Shown here: one piece after another, positions 59,624 to 64,000 of the stretch
Layout of the letters: the number at the start of each line of letters is the position of its first letter
Numbering within the stretch: position 1 is the stretch's first letter
Source of the DNA: an uncultured Oscillospiraceae bacterium
GTDB taxonomy: Bacteria; Bacillota; Clostridia; Lachnospirales; Lachnospiraceae
DNA length: 64,000 bases
Direction of reading: 5' to 3'
Assembly: GCA_963652495.1 (NCBI GenBank)
Contig: CAVJTU010000005.1
Coordinates: 1,982 to 65,981, forward strand
Program-made: the position numbers and the translations under genes
Notes under the pieces: model-generated
Seen by the model: the letters and a program-made list of their open reading frames with translations, nothing else
Told to the model about the DNA's origin: nothing
Databases searched by the model: none

Positions 59624-59657
59624 AGTAGCAACAACGTCAGGAAAGGCATAGTTCAAT

Positions 59658-59966
59658 ATGAAGATATATTTGGTCAGTGACAATGTAGACACCCTCGTGG
59701 GCATGCGTCTGGCCGGAATTGAAGGCTGCGTTGTCCATGAACAGGGTGAATTAAAGGAAGCAATAGACCGTGCGCTGGAAGACAAGGAAATCGGTATTCT
59801 GCTGCTGACAGAAAAGTTCGGAAGAGAGTATCCGGAGCTGATCAATAAGGTGAAGCTGGATCATAAGCTGCCTCTGATCATTGAGGTTCCTGACCGCCAC
59901 GGAACAGGCCGCAAGCCTGACTTCATTACTTCTTATGTAAACGAAGCGATAGGATTGAAATTGTAA
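59658..59966 (+). CDS. ntpG: V/A-type ATPase subunit F
   Basis: DTLVGMRLAGI..EVP..AIG. Confidence 0.93.
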   Translation: MKIYLVSDNVDTLVGMRLAGIEGCVVHEQGELKEAIDRALEDKEIGILLLTEKFGREYPELINKVKLDHKLPLIIEVPDRHGTGRKPDFITSYVNEAIGLKL

Positions 59967-60087
59967 TCATACAGGAGACAAAGTGATCTTTTGAACCCAC
60001 CCAGACATGAGGATGCAGTGGTTTCTGTAAGAAACCAGCGATCCGTGGTATGATATAATGTAAACAGAAGAATGGAAGGTGATTTAG

Positions 60088-60678
60088 TTGACACTGGAAG
60101 AGAAATTAAACCATTTTATGGATATATCCGTTCAGGAAGCTACAGTGGAAATGGATGCCTCGCTCAAGGAATATCAGGCTGCGCTTGACGCACAGTTTGA
60201 GGAGCGAAAGGCGATGATCCTTTCTCAGGAGGAAAAGGATCTGGCGGTTGAAGTGGAAGCCGTAAAGAGAAAAGGAAATCAAAAGCTGGCACATGAGCAT
60301 CTTGTGAATAAGCGCGCTTTAAGCCAAAAGGATACAGAGCTTAAGGAGAAGCTGTTTAAAGAGGTTGATGGGCTTGTAGAAGCATATAAAAAGACACCTG
60401 AGTATATTGAGGTGATCAAGAAACAGATCATTGATGCAAAGGCATTTGCAAAGAATGATGACATTATTATTTATCTGGATCCGGCAGATGCATCCAGAAA
60501 GCATGACCTTGAGGAAGAGACAAAGTGCTTTTTGACGATGAGCGAGTATTCTTTCGGAGGCGGCATGAGGGCTGTTATTCCGGCAAGAAATATTCTCATC
60601 GACAATTCCATGGATTCTAAGGTTGCCGAGGCTAAAGGCGAGTTCCAGTTTGACGGAGGTGAATACAATGGCCGCTGA
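60088..60678 (+). CDS. ntpE: V/A-type ATPase subunit E
   Basis: TTG start with RBS gaaggtga; coiled coil, GG..IDNS. Confidence 0.88.
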   Translation: MTLEEKLNHFMDISVQEATVEMDASLKEYQAALDAQFEERKAMILSQEEKDLAVEVEAVKRKGNQKLAHEHLVNKRALSQKDTELKEKLFKEVDGLVEAYKKTPEYIEVIKKQIIDAKAFAKNDDIIIYLDPADASRKHDLEEETKCFLTMSEYSFGGGMRAVIPARNILIDNSMDSKVAEAKGEFQFDGGEYNGR

Positions 60679-62440
60679 TATTAGAGGAATCATCTACGGT
60701 ATTAACGGACCGGTTGTCTACATTAAGGGTCAGACCGCTTTCCGTATGGGTGAGATGGTTTATGTCGGACCGCAGAAGCTGGTAGGAGAGGTCATTCGTC
60801 TGGACAGCTCCAGAACCACCATTCAGGTCTACGAGGAGACGACCGGATTAAAGCCGGGTGATGAGGTTTATTCAACAGGAGCAGCCATCTCCGTAACACT
60901 GGCACCTGGTATCCTTCACAATATCTTTGATGGTATCGAGCGTCCGCTTAGCGAGATCGCAAAGGCAGGCGGCATGTACATCACCAGAGGTCTGAGCGTA
61001 GATGCGCTGGATCGTGAAAAGAAATGGCAGGCGCACATTACCGTAGAGCCGGGACAGCACGTATTTGGCGGAACGATCATAGCAGAGGTTCAGGAGACCC
61101 CGATGATCGTTCATAAGTGTATGCTTCCGCCGGACACAGAGGGTACGGTAGAGAGCGTTGCAAAAGATGGTGAGTATACCATTGATGATACAATTGTTAC
61201 AATCATTCAGAACGATGGCACAAAGAAAGAACTGTCCATGACCCAGAAGTGGCCGATTCGTGTACCAAGACCGACCAACAAGCGTTACTCCGCTTCTGAG
61301 CCGTTAATCACCGGACAGCGTATTCTGGATACCCTGTTCCCAATCGCAAAGGGCGGTACTGCGGCGATCCCAGGCGGATTCGGAACCGGAAAGACTATGA
61401 CACAGCACCAGATCGCAAAGTGGTCAGATGCCGATATCATCGTCTACATCGGATGCGGTGAGCGTGGAAATGAGATGACGCAGGTTCTTGAGGAGTTCTC
61501 AGAGCTGATTGACCCGAAGAGTGGAAATCCATTAATGGATCGAACCGTTTTGATTGCAAATACATCCAACATGCCGGTTGCAGCGCGTGAGGCAAGTATC
61601 TACACCGGACTGACACTGGCTGAGTATTACAGAGATATGGGCTATCACGTAGCCATCATGGCAGACTCCACATCCCGTTGGGCAGAGGCTCTTCGAGAAC
61701 TGTCCGGCCGTCTGGAGGAGATGCCGGCCGAGGAAGGTTTCCCGGCTTATCTGGCATCCAAGCTGTCTGCATTCTATGAGCGTGCCGGTATGATGCACAA
61801 CTTAAACGGAACTGTCGGAAGTGTTTCCATCATCGGTGCCGTATCTCCGCAGGGAAGTGACTTCTCTGAGCCTGTTACACAGAACACAAAGCGTTTCGTT
61901 CGCTGCTTCTGGGGACTGGACAAATCTCTTGCCTATGCAAGACACTTCCCGGCAATCCATTGGCTGACCTCCTACAGTGAGTATATGCAGGATCTGACAC
62001 CGTGGTACAATGCCAATGCCGGAAAGGATTTTGTTGCCAACAGAAACCGTCTGATGGCTATCCTGAATCAGGAAAGTGCTCTGATGGAGATCGTAAAGCT
62101 GATCGGTTCCGACGTTCTTCCGGATGATCAGAAGCTGACACTGGAAATCGCAAGAGTTATCCGTCTGGGATACTTACAGCAGAACGCATTCCACAAGGAC
62201 GATACCTGCGTGCCGATCGAGAAGCAGGCAAAGCAGATGCGCGTCATCCTGTATTTGAACGACAGGGCAAAATCACTTGTCATGATGGGTCATCCGATGA
62301 GCGTCTTAAAGCAGAGCAACATCTTTGACCGTGTCATCAACATCAAGTATGATGTGCCGAATGATCGCCTGGATATGCTCGATCAGTATATGAAGGACAT
62401 TGACACATTCTACGATGAAGTCATTGAGAAAAATGCGTAA
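60668..62440 (+). CDS. ntpA: V/A-type ATPase subunit A
   Basis: [39 protein letters not shown]. Confidence 0.98.
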   Translation: MAADIRGIIYGINGPVVYIKGQTAFRMGEMVYVGPQKLVGEVIRLDSSRTTIQVYEETTGLKPGDEVYSTGAAISVTLAPGILHNIFDGIERPLSEIAKAGGMYITRGLSVDALDREKKWQAHITVEPGQHVFGGTIIAEVQETPMIVHKCMLPPDTEGTVESVAKDGEYTIDDTIVTIIQNDGTKKELSMTQKWPIRVPRPTNKRYSASEPLITGQRILDTLFPIAKGGTAAIPGGFGTGKTMTQHQIAKWSDADIIVYIGCGERGNEMTQVLEEFSELIDPKSGNPLMDRTVLIANTSNMPVAAREASIYTGLTLAEYYRDMGYHVAIMADSTSRWAEALRELSGRLEEMPAEEGFPAYLASKLSAFYERAGMMHNLNGTVGSVSIIGAVSPQGSDFSEPVTQNTKRFVRCFWGLDKSLAYARHFPAIHWLTSYSEYMQDLTPWYNANAGKDFVANRNRLMAILNQESALMEIVKLIGSDVLPDDQKLTLEIARVIRLGYLQQNAFHKDDTCVPIEKQAKQMRVILYLNDRAKSLVMMGHPMSVLKQSNIFDRVINIKYDVPNDRLDMLDQYMKDIDTFYDEVIEKNA

Positions 62441-62452
62441 GGAGGAGCCGTT

Positions 62453-63871
62453 ATGGCTATTGAATATTTAGGTTTAAGTCAGATCAACGGTTCTCTGATT
62501 GCCATTGAGGGCATGAAAGATGCCGCATATGATGAAGTTGTTGAAATTGTAGTAGACGGAAAGCAGAAAAAGCTTGGCCGTATTATTGCCTGCTATGAGG
62601 ATAAGGCCATGATTCAGGTATTTGAAGGTTCAGAGAATATGTCTTTGACAAATACTCATACCCGTCTGACCGGTCATCCGATGGAGCTGGCACTTTCTCC
62701 GGATATCTTAGGACGTACCTTTGATGGTATCGGCCGCCCGATTGACGGACTGGGTTCGGTAAATGCTGAGATTAAGCGTGATGTAAACGGACTTCCGTTA
62801 AACCCGGTAACAAGAGAGTATCCGCGTAACTATATTCGTACCGGTATCTCTGCAATTGACGGACTGACTACACTGATTCGTGGACAGAAGCTGCCGATTT
62901 TCTCCGGAAACGGTATGCCGCACGACCAGTTAGCTGCACAGATCGTAAAGCAGGCTTCTCTGGGTGACAACTCCGATGAGAAATTTGCAATCGTATTTGC
63001 TGCTATGGGTGTTAAGTACGATGTTGCTGAGTTCTTCCGCAAGACCTTCGAGGAGAGCGGTGTAAGTGAGCATGTTACCATGTTTGTAAACCTGGCAAAT
63101 GACCCGGTAGTAGAGCGTCTGATCACGCCTCGTATGGCACTGACCGCAGCCGAGTATCTGGCATTTGAGCAGCACATGCACATCCTGGTTATCCTGACCG
63201 ATATGACCTCCTTTGCAGAGGCACTTCGTGAGGTTTCCTCCTCTAAGGGTGAGATCCCTTCCCGTAAGGGTTATCCTGGCTATCTGTATTCGGAGCTTGC
63301 TACCATTTATGAGCGTGCCGGAATCGTGCGCGGCATCAACGGTTCTGTTACCCAGATTCCGATTCTGACTATGCCAAATGATGATATCACGCACCCGATT
63401 CCTGACCTTACCGGATACATCACCGAGGGTCAGATTGTTCTTGACAGAAGCCTTCATGGAAATAACATTTACCCGCCAATCAGCGTATTGCCGTCTCTGT
63501 CCCGTCTGATGAAGGACGGTATCGGTGAGGGCTACACCAGAGCCGACCACCAGTCTGTTGCAAACCAGCTGTTCTCCTGCTACGCAAAGGTAGGAGATGC
63601 CAGAAACTTAGCGAGCGTTATCGGTGAGGATGAACTTTCGGATCTGGATAAGAAGTACCTTGCATTTGGTAAGGCATTTGAGAACCATTTTGTCGGACAG
63701 GGTGAGCATGAAAACCGAAGCATCATTGAGACGCTTGAGATCGGCTGGGATCTGCTTCGTATGCTGCCGAGAGAAGAACTCGACCGTATTGATACAAAGA
63801 TCCTCGATGTTTACTATGACAAGAAAGATGCAGATGCAACAAATGCAGAGGCAAGTGCAAAAGCAAACTAA
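62453..63871 (+). CDS. ntpB: V/A-type ATPase subunit B
   Basis: [35 protein letters not shown]. Confidence 0.98.
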   Translation: MAIEYLGLSQINGSLIAIEGMKDAAYDEVVEIVVDGKQKKLGRIIACYEDKAMIQVFEGSENMSLTNTHTRLTGHPMELALSPDILGRTFDGIGRPIDGLGSVNAEIKRDVNGLPLNPVTREYPRNYIRTGISAIDGLTTLIRGQKLPIFSGNGMPHDQLAAQIVKQASLGDNSDEKFAIVFAAMGVKYDVAEFFRKTFEESGVSEHVTMFVNLANDPVVERLITPRMALTAAEYLAFEQHMHILVILTDMTSFAEALREVSSSKGEIPSRKGYPGYLYSELATIYERAGIVRGINGSVTQIPILTMPNDDITHPIPDLTGYITEGQIVLDRSLHGNNIYPPISVLPSLSRLMKDGIGEGYTRADHQSVANQLFSCYAKVGDARNLASVIGEDELSDLDKKYLAFGKAFENHFVGQGEHENRSIIETLEIGWDLLRMLPREELDRIDTKILDVYYDKKDADATNAEASAKAN

Positions 63872-63963
63872 TATATTCCTGCTGATGTAAATGCTGATGC
63901 GGCAAAGGGTAACGCTGCAGGCAGTGATAAGAAGCAGGCATAAGCTTTGGAGAGGAAGGCGCT

Positions 63964-64000
63964 ATGAATATTAATATGTTCCCTACAAAGGGAAATTTGA
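63964..64000 (+). CDS. ntpD: V/A-type ATPase subunit D (5' partial)
   Basis: RBS gaggaagg; MNINMFPTKGNL; expected position after subunit B. Confidence 0.8.
   Translation, partial: MNINMFPTKGNL

Noticed and set aside
192..63941. Numerous 60-210 aa antisense or nested ORFs in the ORF track
   Set aside because: They overlap well-supported genes and lack RBS or motifs

Overview
Chromosomal window from a low-GC Gram-positive anaerobe; gene content and codon style suggest Lachnospiraceae, which is my inference. Left to right it holds: a ComEC-like MBL hydrolase and a small rearranged patch; GH28; an aldo/keto reductase; cdaA-cdaR-HPr; a ~13 kb rhamnose-type cell-wall polysaccharide locus; htrA, rarA, pepP, a radical SAM enzyme and thrC. 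Next is a ~14.5 kb minus-strand urea block (LacI, hybrid kinase, REC-AraC regulator, cytidylate-kinase-like gene, urtABCDE, fused ureAB, ureC, ureE, ureF, with no ureG/ureD). Then come a truncated pectin locus (AraC, GH28, GH2 remnant), fur/perR-rbr, tRNA-Lys(CTT), trmB and a V/A-type ATPase operon that runs off the end. I saw no integrase, transposase or CRISPR array. The most striking unexplained signals are non-coding. At least three families of modular hairpin repeats occur in intergenic regions, often just after stop codons, and one shows apparent compensatory base changes. An ANTAR-type attenuator motif heads the urea operon. All calls are by eye; starts were chosen from RBS spacing and no database search was run.
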